A stretch of 63,443 nucleotides of DNA, filler included, from Dicyema japonicum (Eukaryota; Animalia; Dicyemida), in NCBI GenBank assembly GCA_011109175.1. It is 9 parts of 9 records of this genome, joined end to end, with 100 filler letters (N's around TTAATTAATTAA, not from the genome) between each part and the next. Parts side by side here need not be neighbours in the genome. Positions count along the whole stretch, not along the records: positions 1 to 2,525 come from RDEW01000066.1; positions 2,626 to 7,413 come from RDEW01000150.1; positions 7,514 to 38,096 come from RDEW01000139.1; 6 more parts are not named here. One strand, written 5' to 3'. Below are positions 1 through 12,707 of this stretch, piece by piece; positions within the stretch are counted from its first letter, which is position 1, and each line of letters begins with the position of its first letter. Below the pieces are notes generated by a model. The model was not told where the DNA came from. It worked only from the letters and a program-made list of their open reading frames with translations, and did no database searches. The position numbers and the translations under genes are program-made.

Positions 1-90
1 TACAGGAATTTGAATTGAGGATAAAATAATTTCAATACCTCAATTGATAATAAAAAATGCGCTGATTTTTGGGAAGAATTATAAAAAAGG

Positions 91-1920
91 ATGAGTCTAA
101 ATTCTGAAAGTTTAAACATCGGAAAAATAATGACTAGTGTTGAAAATGTGTCTGTTGAATTCTCGAAGAATGTGTTTGAACAAACGATTCAGTATCTGCA
201 AAACTGGAAGGCCCCAGGTTGTGATGGGATCTACAATTTCTTTTTTAAGAAATTTACTTCGCTGCATGAATTTATCAATACTGAAATGCTTAGGATTTTA
301 AACGGAGAGTACGTCTCTGGAAACTGAGTTTACTGGAACTACGCACTTGATCCCAAAAGGCGAAGCGCCACAGTCGCCAAAAAACTTACGCCCTAATACA
401 TGCCTGTCGTCACTCTATGAACTTATGACAGTGTATCAATGCCAAGCTAGCGGATTATGTGGAAGCGTTTGGCCTTCTTTCTGAAAACCAGATGTGAAGA
501 AAGAAGAGATGTCAGGCTGCTAAAGAACAGGCACTAGTCAATAAGTCACTTAATAAAGTAAATGGAGGTGGATTATATGCTGCATGGATTAATGTCAAAA
601 AAGCATTTGACTCGGTTTACCACTCTTTTTAATAAAAGTCCTTAAAAAATCCGGAATCCCAGAATGGATTATTAAAGTTTTGAGATTACTGATTATGCAT
701 TGGAAAGTGAAACCAATGTTGAATAATGAAAATATTGGTGATATTCAGATAGAAAGGGGAATTTTGTAAGGAGATATTCTATCCCCCATGTTATTTGTCT
801 TAGTGTTCAGCCACTTAGTCGTTGATTGACTTATAAATATCCAAAAGTCTCCGTTTTACATGATGATCAGTCTGTCTCATCATTCTCAACTAATCATCCT
901 TTATTTATTGACGATTTAAAACTTACTTCGACTAGTGAAGATGTTAATTTGTACTTCAGTGCTGTGGGGCTGGAAAGGAATCTAGAAAAGTGCGTTACAA
1001 ATGTCTTGTTGTTATCAGATGAAGCCAAGTTGTTGGAGGGAATGGATGGATATAAATACCTCGGTGTATTGGAAGGTCCTTCCGGACAAATTCAAAAGCC
1101 AGAAATGTTAAAAATAATTTCTTCGCAAATAAACCAGAGAATTGAGAAATTGGTGAATACCAAACTAAATGCAGTGAATTTGTTTAAGGCTATTAACGAG
1201 CATGCTCTGTCTTTATATAACTATTATATTGGACTCACTAACGTGGAACCCTGTGAATACGATTTGATTGACTCAGCTATCGCACCACATTGATTATACA
1301 TCGAGTCCATCTCAAACCTGCATGCAAGCAGAGGCTTCATTTAACGAGAAATTACCTTGGGAGAGGGCTACGCTCAAACTCTCTTCTAAGTGAGATGTTA
1401 TAAGGATTTTTCATGATTTGAAACTCAGAAGTACTGTTTGCAGTAGAAGTGCTGCAATTCTTCAAGCCGAAATTTCAGAGAAAACACATTTGGCATTAAT
1501 TGAAGAATTTCTAAGGCACAAGTATTCTGTTTGCGACACTTCTGAGTTGGATATAAAATTGATATCGGACATGCAAAAAGAAAGTTTAATGAATCAAATA
1601 AGATTGAAGAGTCTTCATTCCGTTATTTATAAGAATTTGTTGGAGGATTATGTGAATATAGAACATTCCTCTCATTGGCTTCTAAAAGGGAACAACTCCC
1701 CAAGGTCTGAAGCTTTGTTCTGCCTTATTCAAGATAGGAATCTGTTCTTTGGAGAACAAAATGCAATGTGCACCCAATGTAAAAAGTGAAAGAAGACTGT
1801 TGATCATTGTGCCACAAAGTGTGAAAAGATGTTGCATAGGGATTATGTAAGAAGACATAACCAAGTCGTGAGGTGTCTACATTTCCACTTTTGCAGAGAG
1901 TTTGGTCTCAAAAACGAAAA
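91..1920 (+). mobile_element. Degenerate non-LTR retrotransposon with RT, CCHC knuckle and start of restriction-like endonuclease (R4/Dong/R2-type)
   Basis: Across frames: WKAPGCDGIYNFF, LIPKG..RPITCLSSLY, KKAFDSV, ILxGDILSPMLF, FIDDLKL, YKYLG, then CTQCKKxKKTVDHCATKC and DYVRRHNQVVRCLH; multiple stops and frameshifts. Confidence 0.85.
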
Positions 1921-2069
1921 AATATTACGTAAAATATCCAACAGGATCATAATAAGTTAGATGTACCCTCTCTATATATCAGTAAACCTAAAAGGCAGTC
2001 TAATATGATTTACATCCCTGAAACGACGTGAGAAATATATTGGAAGTCATAAAAAACGTATTCTAACGG

Positions 2070-2260
2070 ACCGGACAAAATTCTGATGATCCTCATAAAA
2101 AATCTCGGGGATTATGAAATCGCTGTATTGACGATGATATTCTATTCCAGCCTTATGGAAGCTTGCACACCTTCGTCCAATTTTGAAACCTGGAAAAACG
2201 GATAAGGACCCGACTTCATATAGCGTTATTGTGTGCGGTGTCGATTATCCTGGAAATGCT
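2070..2260 (+). mobile_element. LINE reverse-transcriptase fragment
   Basis: PALWKLAHLRPILKPGKTDKDPTSY resembles RT domain-1 WKxAxVxPIxKPGK..SYRPI. Confidence 0.5.
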
Positions 2261-2525
2261 GGTTCTGTCAAAAATCAAAGATTTTCTCTTGGATTTATCA
2301 TTTAATGTGGTTCTAAAGAAGAGGTCTACTTCAACCCATTTATCAGCTTTGACCAACCTTATACGATCTGGTTTTCCCACAGACCAGGAAAATGCTGCAG
2401 TACTATAGTTAGACTGCACCCCGTGTTGGACGCCTCTTAAATAAAAAACAAAATTGAGGTTGTCGTAGGACTTATTAAGAAAATCAAATTTTCAGAGAAT
2501 ATGAAAGGCAGGGCCTTCTGACTGA

Positions 2526-2625
2526 NNNNNNNNNNNNNNNNNNNNNNNNNNNNNNNNNNNNNNNNNNNNTTAATTAATTAANNNNNNNNNNNNNNNNNNN
2601 NNNNNNNNNNNNNNNNNNNNNNNNN
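2526..2625. other. Artificial 100-bp scaffold gap 44N-TTAATTAATTAA-44N; same at 7414-7513, 38097-38196, 43880-43979, 45980-46079, 51576-51675, 53303-53402, 61522-61621; plain N gap 21376-21702
   Basis: Identical construct each time; the linker gives stops in all six frames. Confidence 0.97.
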
Positions 2626-3994
2626 GCTTCATCTCAATTACGACATTGTGAGAAAGGCACCGATCAATAACTAGTAACATTTTTTTAAAGAAATTGCTGC
2701 TCAAAATTAAATAACCATTCATTAAAGATCTTTGTATTTGTTTAGGCCTTGTTTGAGTCATAATAATTCATATATTTTTCGACTTTGATTCCTTTGAAAT
2801 ATCTTGGACTTTTATATATCCCAATCATAAGAGGTTTCATTTTGTCAGTTCCAGTGCAATTTGTGCAAAGTAACAAGGAAAATCTATCCTTTATTAATTT
2901 ATATTCATGCTTAGGTTTTTTGCGCACAGTTTTTGAGGGTATTGATTTATAAAATATCCCAGTTTCTTCAGCATTGTATACATTTTGTATACCATAAAAC
3001 TGGATTTTATTGTTTAACGTCTGAATAAATTCTTCAATGACATGACAATTTGCTTCGTTATCAAATGAACCAAATTCTTCATGTAAAAGTCTAGGCTTGG
3101 CTCTAATTCGTTTTCTAAATTTGGCTAATCAACCTCTACTTACTTAAAAACAATATCCGGAGATTTCTGCAAATTGCTTCGATTGTGTGTGAATTTATGA
3201 ATCGTTAATAATAACTTCTTTAGATTCTAAAAAAATTGATCAAGTCCATAATTTTGTCATCGATCTCATGGTATTTTAATCAAGAAATTCGACTATTATT
3301 CATTCGAAGCACATCAGATCGTCTAATACGATCTATATTTGCCTTCAAATCATTCACCGCACGGGCTGANAGATTGTCTAATACGATCTTTATTTGCCTT
3401 CAAATCATTCACCGCACGGGCTGAGATTTTTTTCCCGAATCTTTCTAAAAATATATTAGCAATTATTATCTTCAATAAACTTTATAATACAAATCTTATC
3501 ATTTATTGCCAGTCTTGTACAACCACGTTTAATTACAACAAAGTCAAACGTTTAAAAATTTTAGCACAAATTTAAATTCTACATTTTTGTTAAAAAATAT
3601 TAAATTAATATTTTTTCCTTTTCACCAAATATTNATCAGATTGTCTAATACGATCTTTATTTGCCTTCAAATCGTTCACCGCACGAGCTGAGATTTTTTT
3701 TCCGAATCTTTTGAAAATAATACGCATCTTATCATTTATTGTCAGTCTTGTACAACCACGTTTAATCACAACAAAGTCAAACGTTTTAAAATTTTAGCAC
3801 AAATTTAAATTCTACATTTGTGTTAAAAAATATTAAATTAATATCATTTCCTTTTTATCAAATATTCCTAAAAAGCAAGCGGATTCGGGAATCGGCGGAT
3901 TCGAGAATCTTCTCTAAGGAATTTCAATGAATTTGACTTTTCTATAAAAAATCGGCGGATTCGAGAATCAGCGGATTCGAGAGACAATACTGTA
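2626..3994 (-). mobile_element. Tigger/pogo DNA transposon, 5' part with terminal inverted repeat
   Basis: TA-CAGTATTGTCTCTCGAAT terminus at 3994-3975; HTH RLTINDKMRII..ISARAVNDLKANKDRI; DDE_1 KDRFSLLLCTNCTGTDKMKPLMIG..SNKAWMT..LVIDRCLSH. Confidence 0.8.
3313..3870. repeat. Duplicated blocks (about 57 bp and about 240 bp) abutting single-N joins at 3370 and 3634
   Basis: agattgtctaatacgatctttatttgccttcaaatc occurs three times; the copies differ by a few SNPs and one indel. Confidence 0.85.
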
Positions 3995-4286
3995 TTTGTT
4001 CTGAGGAAGTATAGGATGACACAACAATCCATACTGAGTTAAAAATTCCGTATAAAAACGCAATTATTTTCATTTTTTGATAAAATATGAGATTGAAGTG
4101 GCGGTGACATCAATTGGAAATTTAAAATCCGTGGTAATACATAAATTTCACAAATACGACATTCTAGCTTGTGAATTGGAATTGATTAATAAGAATAAAG
4201 TCAGAGCAGTACCTACTGTTTTAACCTGAAAATTTTCAGTATTTGCTGTCTTTGTATCCAAAACTAGTCGATCCAAAACATCAAAA

Positions 4287-4634
4287 ACTAGTCGGTAAAG
4301 TTCAACAATAAAAGATATATAAATCAATCGAATGAATATTTTATTGATTTCATCGCTCTGTTCCGTCAATCCGGAAGCTTTTATTTAATTATTCATTTTT
4401 CGTATAAACAATGTCATCTGTGACGAAACTCAAATAATAAAAAATATTCATAAATTTTAAACTAGTCGGTAAAGTTCAACAATAAAAGATATATAAATCA
4501 ATCGAATGAATATTTTATTGATTTCATCGCTCTGTTCCGTCAATCCGGAAGCTTTTATTTAATTATTCATTTTTCGTATAAACAATGTCATCTGTGACGA
4601 AACTCAAATAATAAAAAATATTCATAAATTTTAA
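4287..4634. repeat. 174-bp exact tandem duplication
   Basis: actagtcggtaaag..taaattttaaa starts at 4287 and again at 4461. Confidence 0.9.
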
Positions 4635-5655
4635 AAGAAAGCAAAAAAAGCAACAACAAAACCAGATTATATAATAAATTATTTGTTCAACAATTCCTTC
4701 TAATATTTACGAAAAGATTGGCAATATTTAGATTAACACTTGAGGAGTAAGAACAATGTAAGTATGTGGTCAGGATTTATTTCGGATTTTATCGATCTGT
4801 TCTAATGTGTCAAAATTCATTGGACACATATAAATTTCCAATTTATTGATGTTGAAAAATAATTCTATAAACGTTATTGCGCTATAAATTTATATCCAGA
4901 CTGAATTAACTGCGATTACGTGTGCAATTCCACGATCTGAACATCCAAAACTGTTGTAGTGTCATAAGATTCCTTCCCGATAGAAAACCGAACGGCAATG
5001 AAACTATACAATTGTATTGCGAGCGTGTTTGACTATTTAAACAAGTAATGTAAGTTTGTTCTGTAAATATATTTGTCCTGAATGCGAATTATGCAATATA
5101 TAATCAACATCAATAATCGAGCGGTCATGCATTTATTTGTCCTCTATTTCGAATCAATCGAATGTTTGCTTATAACTTATCTCATTGTGACATCACATAA
5201 CTTATATAAATATATTACAGCTTTTATTCGAACACCCCAATTAAGCGTTATTAAGGTTAAATATGATTACTATTCAGTCAGCAATTCAAACAATCTTATT
5301 TGCATCTTAAGTTCCTAAATGGCGTCATAATTGTACTTGTTAAACCGCATCCATGTTTATGCCACTCGTATATAATACTTGCAAGTAGCCTTATGTTACT
5401 ACTCTTATATCAAGCAAATTATGTTAATAGACTAACTGGTTATGCAGACTGCATCGCGAGGTTTCGCTATCAAAGTTTGATGCTATAAAAATGACGCAGC
5501 GCTCGCTTACGAGTATCGTTAAACATCGAAACTTTTATAAAAAAGAAAACTAGTGCAAAATATATACTCGAACAAGTCATTTGCGGCGCTGATTTATTAT
5601 TTTGCTTATTCCAATCATATATCTATAATTATTTGTCCATAATAGAATAGTGAAA

Positions 5656-6915
5656 ATGAGTGGATCTGATACAGAGACCCAATACAACCATTCTTCTGAT
5701 GAAACTGATATGGATAACCCACCTCTCTCCTTGGATAGCCCAAAAGTCATTTTAAAAGAAATGGTCGTTGACGAGAATCCTCCAAAAAGGCAATATCTTG
5801 GACCACGGACAGATACCTACGAACAAGAAGACTTGCAGAGGACGGAGGTTTGGGAAATATTAAAAATTTCCAGAATCTGCGAGTATTTGATTTGGGAAAA
5901 ACAACTGAAGACGTGTTTTCACCCCGAAACGACAAGAAGGCATTTGTATGCATTCTCTGCAAGTACAAGACTTCCCACTACAGCAACCTCTATGTCCATA
6001 TGAGAGTGCATACAGGTAAGTCATGATTGCTAAATTACATATGTACTATCAATGTTTAAGGTCAATTCGTCATTTCTTAAAATAATACTTACAGTGCATA
6101 CTACTTAATACATTTTTAGGGGAGAAGCCTTATTACTGCGGAGCGTGTGGACACCGATCAAGTCAAGGGAGCACTCTGAAAATGCATATCAAGTCGAGAC
6201 ATGACGGGAACATTGAGGACTACTACAATTTGGATAATGCTATCAGAGTAAAGTTAAAGCACATGGTGGATAACGTTGCAGTCAATGAAATTGTATTTTT
6301 GCTTATTTATTTTTTTAGACAATTGCTCCAGTAATCAACGACGAAGTTGTCACTACTGAGGAACAGCTCAATTCTCTTCGTTTGGCATTCAACGAACCTG
6401 AGGTTGTTGAAAGAAGTGAAGCTTCCGTTTTGCCTCCGACTCAACCAATTACAGTCCAAAGTGTCCCTCAGTCTCAACCTACCCCATCTGCGATGCCAAT
6501 GAACATTCCCACATTACCATTTGACCCCACGATGGCCTTATTTTTTTACTATCAACAAATGGCTTTCGCTGCCCAACAGCAATGTAATCCGGGATTTCCA
6601 TCCATGCCATTTCAGTTCATGTCGCCAGAAAGACAAATGGTGAGACCAATCACGCCACAGCAGCCACATTCTCACTTCCATGAAATGTGGAATTCTCTCA
6701 ATAGAAGTTACCCAAATTTTGGCCAAATTTCCAATCCGTCCTCAGAAGTTAATCCAATTCAGTCTCACACATGCAACTGCAGTGAACAACTTGCTTCATT
6801 AACGACTTCTATAAGAGCACTGGCACTTCGATTGTCAGAGCTTATATCATCAGATTCCGACTTATCATCTGCCCTGATCTCAATTTTGACCGAGCTCCAT
6901 AACCTGCTGCGTTAA
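5656..6915 (+). CDS. Two-finger C2H2 zinc-finger transcription factor with P/Q-rich C-terminus; exons 5656-5847, 5874-6015, 6120-6292, 6319-6915
   Basis: Removing GT-AG introns of 26, 104 and 26 nt gives one open frame with [50 protein letters not shown]. Confidence 0.88.
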
Positions 6916-7516
6916 ATTCTTATGCGCTTGAACCAAACTTTGCTATATTTTTAGTAAAATTAGTGTAATTTTTATTTTCTTGTTAGGATAATTAAGGTGT
7001 GATAATGATAACAATTAGGAATTATCCAAAATTAGTTGGAAAATTCCTAAGAATTAATGTCTAGTTATTCTAAATTTGTCTAAAATTCATATATTTCTGC
7101 TTAGTTTGATAAACGTCAATTCAATTCTATTATCGAGGTGGATGTCACTTGCCAGGATCGTCTAAAACAAGTAAAAGTTGAAAAATTCCACAAATACGAC
7201 CTCGACCCAAGTTTCCAAGTTTTTTAAAATTCCATTGGTAAGCTATCTATTGAAGACAGAACTCGGACCTACATACAGCTAGTCGTGTTGGAAAAAACAC
7301 TGGAGAGTATAATGGTCGAGCACAAGCACGGGATCAAAATCACTGAAAAAGAGATAAATTCAGCCAGTAGCCTCATAATTGAAGAAAGTCATTCTTATGA
7401 AGACATATGGAAANNNNNNNNNNNNNNNNNNNNNNNNNNNNNNNNNNNNNNNNNNNNTTAATTAATTAANNNNNNNNNNNNNNNNNNNNNNNNNNNNNNN
7501 NNNNNNNNNNNNNATA

Positions 7517-8273
7517 TTAGTTATTTTTGAAATAGTCCCTGCTGCATCAGGGGTGGGTATAATTGTGGGACTACCAGGTCTCCAATTAGCAGGACATCCT
7601 TCTCCGTGGTTATCAGTGAATTGTATGGCCCAGTAACAGTCTTAGTGTCTCATCCACTGATCTGCCTGTTGGCATGTCATTAAACGTGATCTGCCTCAGA
7701 ATGCCCTTTCCGTCAATTATGAAAAGTCCTCTGAATGTGTCCTCAGCTTACATAAACCTGTAGGCGTCTCCGCTCTCTGACAGTACTCCATAGGCCTTTG
7801 AGATGGACTGATTCCGGTCGGCCAATATTGGAATATTCATAGGACCAAGTCCTCCGAGTTTTCTCTCACGATTTATCCTTTAATATTATTATTTTAATTA
7901 TTAATAAATTATTTTTAAATTTTAAAATAATTTAGTGTTATGTGGTGACCCAATTTTTTTAAATTCTTTAATAAATAGGACAGTTTAAGTGCAATATTCA
8001 GACCATTCTAAATGAACGTGCTCAGTGTCAGTAGAACAGGCAATAAGCTGACAATTATTCTTTAAAAACTCTTCTCTTCTGTCGTTAAATGCGATTATTT
8101 CTGTAGGACAGACATATGTGCTAGCTGTGGTTGATAAATAGTACAAGTCTCTTGGGTAAAAAATAGAACGACAAAATTCTTCAAAAATTGTTCGTGTTTA
8201 TCTGTTTGAAAGCACGGTTTATAACTGCAGTTCCAGCAAAGCTTGGTGCTGGTTTGCCTATCAATTGTGACAT
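7517..8273 (-). CDS. PRDX1/2: Typical 2-Cys peroxiredoxin (paralog A); introns 8144-8121 (24 nt), 8003-7878 (126 nt), 7757-7731 (27 nt); four homopolymer indels
   Basis: [59 protein letters not shown] after correcting T- and G-run lengths. Confidence 0.9.
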
Positions 8274-8519
8274 ATTTCGGCATAAATTCTAAAATTACAT
8301 TCATATTTTAAACTTGAGTGATACCACGTAACAGCATTCTGATCAAAATTAATTTATTTAATTTTAATATAAAAAAAACTTAAAATAATAAAAATTAATT
8401 TTATAGTAATTATAAACGATTTATAGAATATAAAGTCAGTTATTATCTTATTCTCTAGACAATCTTCAACGACTCGATCAACCAAAATGTGATACGTGAA
8501 TATGGAAATAAGCACTAAT

Positions 8520-9240
8520 AAGACCGATACTAAAACTGGAAACCTAGAGATGACCCCGCATCTTTTAGACCTGTGTCTCTTTTATGCTCCATGACAAAAA
8601 TCCTGGAGAGGTTGGTGCTTGGAAGAACCGGGAAGCCCATCTCAACATGGGTTCAAAAATGAGAAATCCACATTTACATACTTACAGACATTGACGGATT
8701 TCATTCGTGCTGGATTTGCAAACAAACGAAACACTTAAAAACAGTGCTCTGTTCCGTCGATATACACAAAGCTTTTGACTCAGTTTCGAGGAAGATTCTA
8801 TCAAAGAAATATTTCAAACAGAGTTTCCAGGAAGCTCAAAAGATGGATCACTAACTTCCTAAGTGGACGAAGGGGTAGGGTATGCCTCGGAGGATGAAGT
8901 CTATGTCACGTCTTCTGTTCAACGGAGTACCTCAGGGTTCCTTCTGATCGGGACATCCAAAAGGCCATCGGCCCAATTTCCGACTAATGGATTACCGACT
9001 CGTTGTGAATGCTGAGAAAGTCATCTACGTCTCTTTTTTACGACAGATAAAAGATTGAATAGGAAGACAGTCACTTTGAAGCTTAAAAATGTCGTCATCT
9101 ATTTCAACACAAGTCAAAGGATTTTAGGAGTGACTCTTGATGTGGATTTCTGCTTTGTTCCACATGTAGATAACATACTTCTGAAATACGAAAAAAAATG
9201 AACGTGTTGAAAAGCTTATTGGGAATATGGACCCGGTCTT
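8520..9240 (+). mobile_element. Jockey/I-like LINE RT fragment (same family as 46500-47500 and 62770-63290)
   Basis: FRPVSLLCSMTKILERLV, QHGFK, VDIHKAFDSV, GVPQGS; DNA similarity (ggaagacagtcac..gtcaaaggatttt) with the 62977 region. Confidence 0.75.
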
Positions 9241-9289
9241 ATTATTAGCATATATCGCGTTGCCCACAACTTGTGTATTCCGCTTGTGC

Positions 9290-12060
9290 CATCCTCTTCA
9301 TCATCTCTACGAGATTCCTCCACTCCCTCTGTATTTGGCCCTCGTCCAGATCTTCAGCAGATCGTAAATCCATTTTAATAGAGATAAATCTTCTTTTTAC
9401 CACCACTTGTAGGTAGTGGTCTAGGCCTTTCTCTGAATTTGGAAAACTCTTTGTACTTTGAAGTAGACTTCCATGGCGATATTACACGGTGTTCTTCCAT
9501 CCATTCTTAGGATGTGTCCAAAGAGGCCCCATCGGCTTTCAGCACATCAATGCCTATAGGCCGCGAACTGCACGTCTTGTAAAGACTTTCATTGGATACT
9601 CTGTGTGGCCAATATATGCCAACGATCCTTCTCAACTGATTTTCTGTGGAAAAAATCCTAGCGACATAAATGATTTTTTGTAGTTTACCAAATACCGCGT
9701 TATCTAGAAGCACTGGGGCACGTAGGCATTATATAACTTTATTCAAAGTTTTACTTATTAATTTTTTGCAGATCCAGATATTCATCAATCTGTTAAAAAT
9801 ATCTTCGTTTGTCTCCCAGTATTGTTCTCAGCTTCGTTGTCCACCTCCATCTTTCCTCTATATGAATGATTTTCCTTTCAATGGAAGTGAATTCTGTTTT
9901 GTCGATGTTAACGTTCAAGGACCAATTGCTAAGAATTTGCTTGGTTTTATGTAGAATTATGTTTAGAGCCCTGTGTTTTCAAATATAAAGTCCACGTCGT
10001 CTGCGTAGATTGTTTCTGTGATATCATCATAAAGTGATCCAAGTTCGTTTATCAATTCTCTCAAAGCAGCTTCCAAGTATATAATAATAAAATCGGGGAT
10101 AGTGAATCACTTTGGGGGCTTCCACTATTAGTGATAAAATTTCGAGATTGTGTCATTCCAAGTTTTACATAGAGAAGTATCTGATAGAAGTAGCCGAATT
10201 ATTCGTACACTATCTTCATCAACAATATTCATTAGCAAGTGGAGGAGTTTATTCCGATCAATGCAATCGAACGCTTTTCTGAGGTCAATTCCGAAGATAT
10301 GTATCACAACTTTTACTTCTGACATAGTGCGAAACAATCCAACGATGGCCCCATACTGTTTCGGCAGTGGATCTTCCGAGTACAAAACCACTTTCGCCAG
10401 ACAGATATTGCTTGACGTATTTGGATATTCTGTCAAGCGCAATGATCGACAGCAAAACTATCGGCCTCAGGTTTCTCAGGTCACCCCTTTGTTTTCCCGG
10501 CTTTTGATAGGATTAAAAATCTTTCGCCAATGGGAGCAAACAATAATGTCGAAAACCGCCGTTGAAAATTTCATCCATTATTGTCGAAAGTGAGTCAGGT
10601 GAATATTTAAGAAGTACGGCTGGGACCTCGTTGTATCCCGGTGCCCGGTTGTTGTTTAGGCGATGGAAAGAGTTGACGGCCTCTCTTTTGTAACCATATT
10701 CTTCAACTGACGTTTTTTGTCGATAAATGGTTGAATTTTATCTGCTTTTATTTGGAATTGGTTTTAAAAATGACTTGCAATATGATCCGCTCTGTATTCG
10801 TTATTTAGAATAGAATGACCTAATTCATCGAGGACGGTTGTGCTGTCTTTTTTGATACGTCGATTCAGTAACTTTACAGTTTTGTGCATTTTACTTCCTG
10901 ATTGCAAAAATTCAATTTCACGAGCTATCGAATCAAGAGCGTTGATCCATAGCTTCTTTACTTGTGTTTTAATTTGATGAAGAATTTTGTTCCGTTCTGT
11001 TTTTTCTTTATTGGGTTGCAGTTTTCAATTAAAAGACGTAATTCTTTTTGCTTATGTGATTATAATTCAATGATCGAATTATGCAGTTTTTGGCCTTGAT
11101 TTCAGGAGAGATAGACTTTTCTGCTGCACGTATGAGAATCTCGATGGTGTTTTTTAGTCAATATCTAGTTTTCTATACCATAGGGACATAGAATATAGTC
11201 TATCATGCTGTATATTGAAGTTACATTGTCATTTTCATTCTTTCTTTAACCCATCCACGTCGTTTTGTGCTTGCAAAATGTTGAAAAGCAGTGTTACACA
11301 AAAAGAAACAAAATGCACTGCAGAATTCGAGAAGGATGTCACCTGAGAAGTTTCTCACTCCTGTACCATGAGCACCGAGGCTGGCTTTTGAGTTTTTTTT
11401 CTCCCAACCTTAGCATTCAAATCTCCGGCAATGAATAGTAGAGTATTATAATTCAGAGCATACGGATTGGAGGCGCAATAAATCATAAAGTTCGTTCTGC
11501 GAGTTCTTTATCGGCCTTATATGAGGGGCATAGATGTTTATTACTTTAGATATATTACGCTTTAAAAAAAGCAGCACTACCGGAAAGACAGATGCAAGTG
11601 CCTAAGCTTTCCTTGTGCGTGCCACACAATTTTTAAGAGCAAGAGAGAGAACAAGAGAGTTAATTATTCTAATTAATTCTAGATTAAGACGTCCATTAGT
11701 TTTTTCTTGTCTTAAGTTTTTCTTTTTATTGTAGTGCCCGAATAAACGCTAGAAGCTCGACATCTAATCCGGAGATCCGGTGTATTACGCTTACCCAACT
11801 TCAATTGAAGCACTGAAATACGGTCATTGACTTTTTGTAAGTAGTTGACCGAATGAATGAACAGCGAAGCCTAAACGTAGTGTCTACACGAAGAGGTCAT
11901 TAAAATAAATTTATAATTTCCATTTACGTAATTCTTCTCCAAGCAGATTTTTGTTTCTTGTAGGCAACAAACCTCAACGGAGTAAAATTCCAAGTTCTTA
12001 GAGAGTGAATTTATTTTGATTCATTTAATTTCCTCACGTTAAAGTTCCTATCGAAAAGCT
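9290..12060 (-). mobile_element. Near full-length degenerate RTE-like LINE (APE endonuclease + RT)
   Basis: TLNVR..CCLQETK..CRHY (about 12050-11850), GAHGTGVRNFSGDILLEFC (about 11390-11310), GIDLRKAFDCIDR, PQxDSLSP, YADDVDF, QLRRIVGIYWPHRVSNESLY. Confidence 0.8.
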
Positions 12061-12707
12061 TCGATGCGATGTCAAAGAAGATGTTTTAGACATGATTATT
12101 GTAAAAGATACGTCAACACATCAACCTCACCCGGTCTTGGCAAACATATATCGTCAATACATCGAACCATATTTTTCCAACGCTTGTGCTTCATGGGGAC
12201 CGATTTTATCATAGACAAACAGGAGAAAAAATCGAGAAGGCTCAATTAAAGGCGTGCAGATTACCGAACGATAGTCGTGTGGAAACAGACGTTCCGGGCC
12301 GGCTCCTTTGAAGGATCTGATTCATCTGAACTACAGAATGCGGTTTATGTCGTTGCAAAACGACTAGCCACACCGGGGCGGTCTTTTGTGGACTTGTGGG
12401 TAGATTACCGAGTGAAGATGAGGTCGCTTTTTGAAGTGCATCGGGATCACGTGATTAACTTGTTCTGTTTTTACCGTGGTCTTGGTGTTCAAAAAATTCT
12501 CAATTCCGTCTTATTCGGGCCCATGGTATGTCTTAATAGCAAATCTAAATGACACAAATATCAACATTCTTTCGTGTAATAATAATATTCATTCCTGTAC
12601 TTAATTAAGCTAATTACCATTTATTGCATTCTTTGCTGGTCAATTTTTGTGAGATTTTTATCTCCGGGATTCTTTTTGAAAACGTGATATGGTGAGATAT
12701 CAGAAAN

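Noticed and set aside
2570-2581. Recurrent palindromic TTAATTAATTAA as a biological repeat or CRISPR-like unit
   Set aside because: Always centred in 44N+44N; it is an assembly linker with stops in all six frames
3313-3870. Tandem duplication of the Tigger 5' region as a real structure
   Set aside because: Duplicates abut single-N scaffold joins, typical of unmerged overlapping contigs or haplotypes
4000-5500. Hidden micro-intron gene on the minus strand
   Set aside because: Could not assemble a consistent frame or recognise any homology
7517-8273. Calling PRDX-A, AAC, EXOG or XPNPEP1 frameshifted pseudogenes
   Set aside because: All lesions are single-base changes in homopolymer runs with no nonsense codons and strong residue conservation; sequencing error is more parsimonious
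12277-12706. Upstream ORFs as the 5' exons of the desaturase
   Set aside because: No His boxes 1 or 2 in any frame; the N at 12707 joins unrelated sequence, probably the 5' region of the RTE-like LINE
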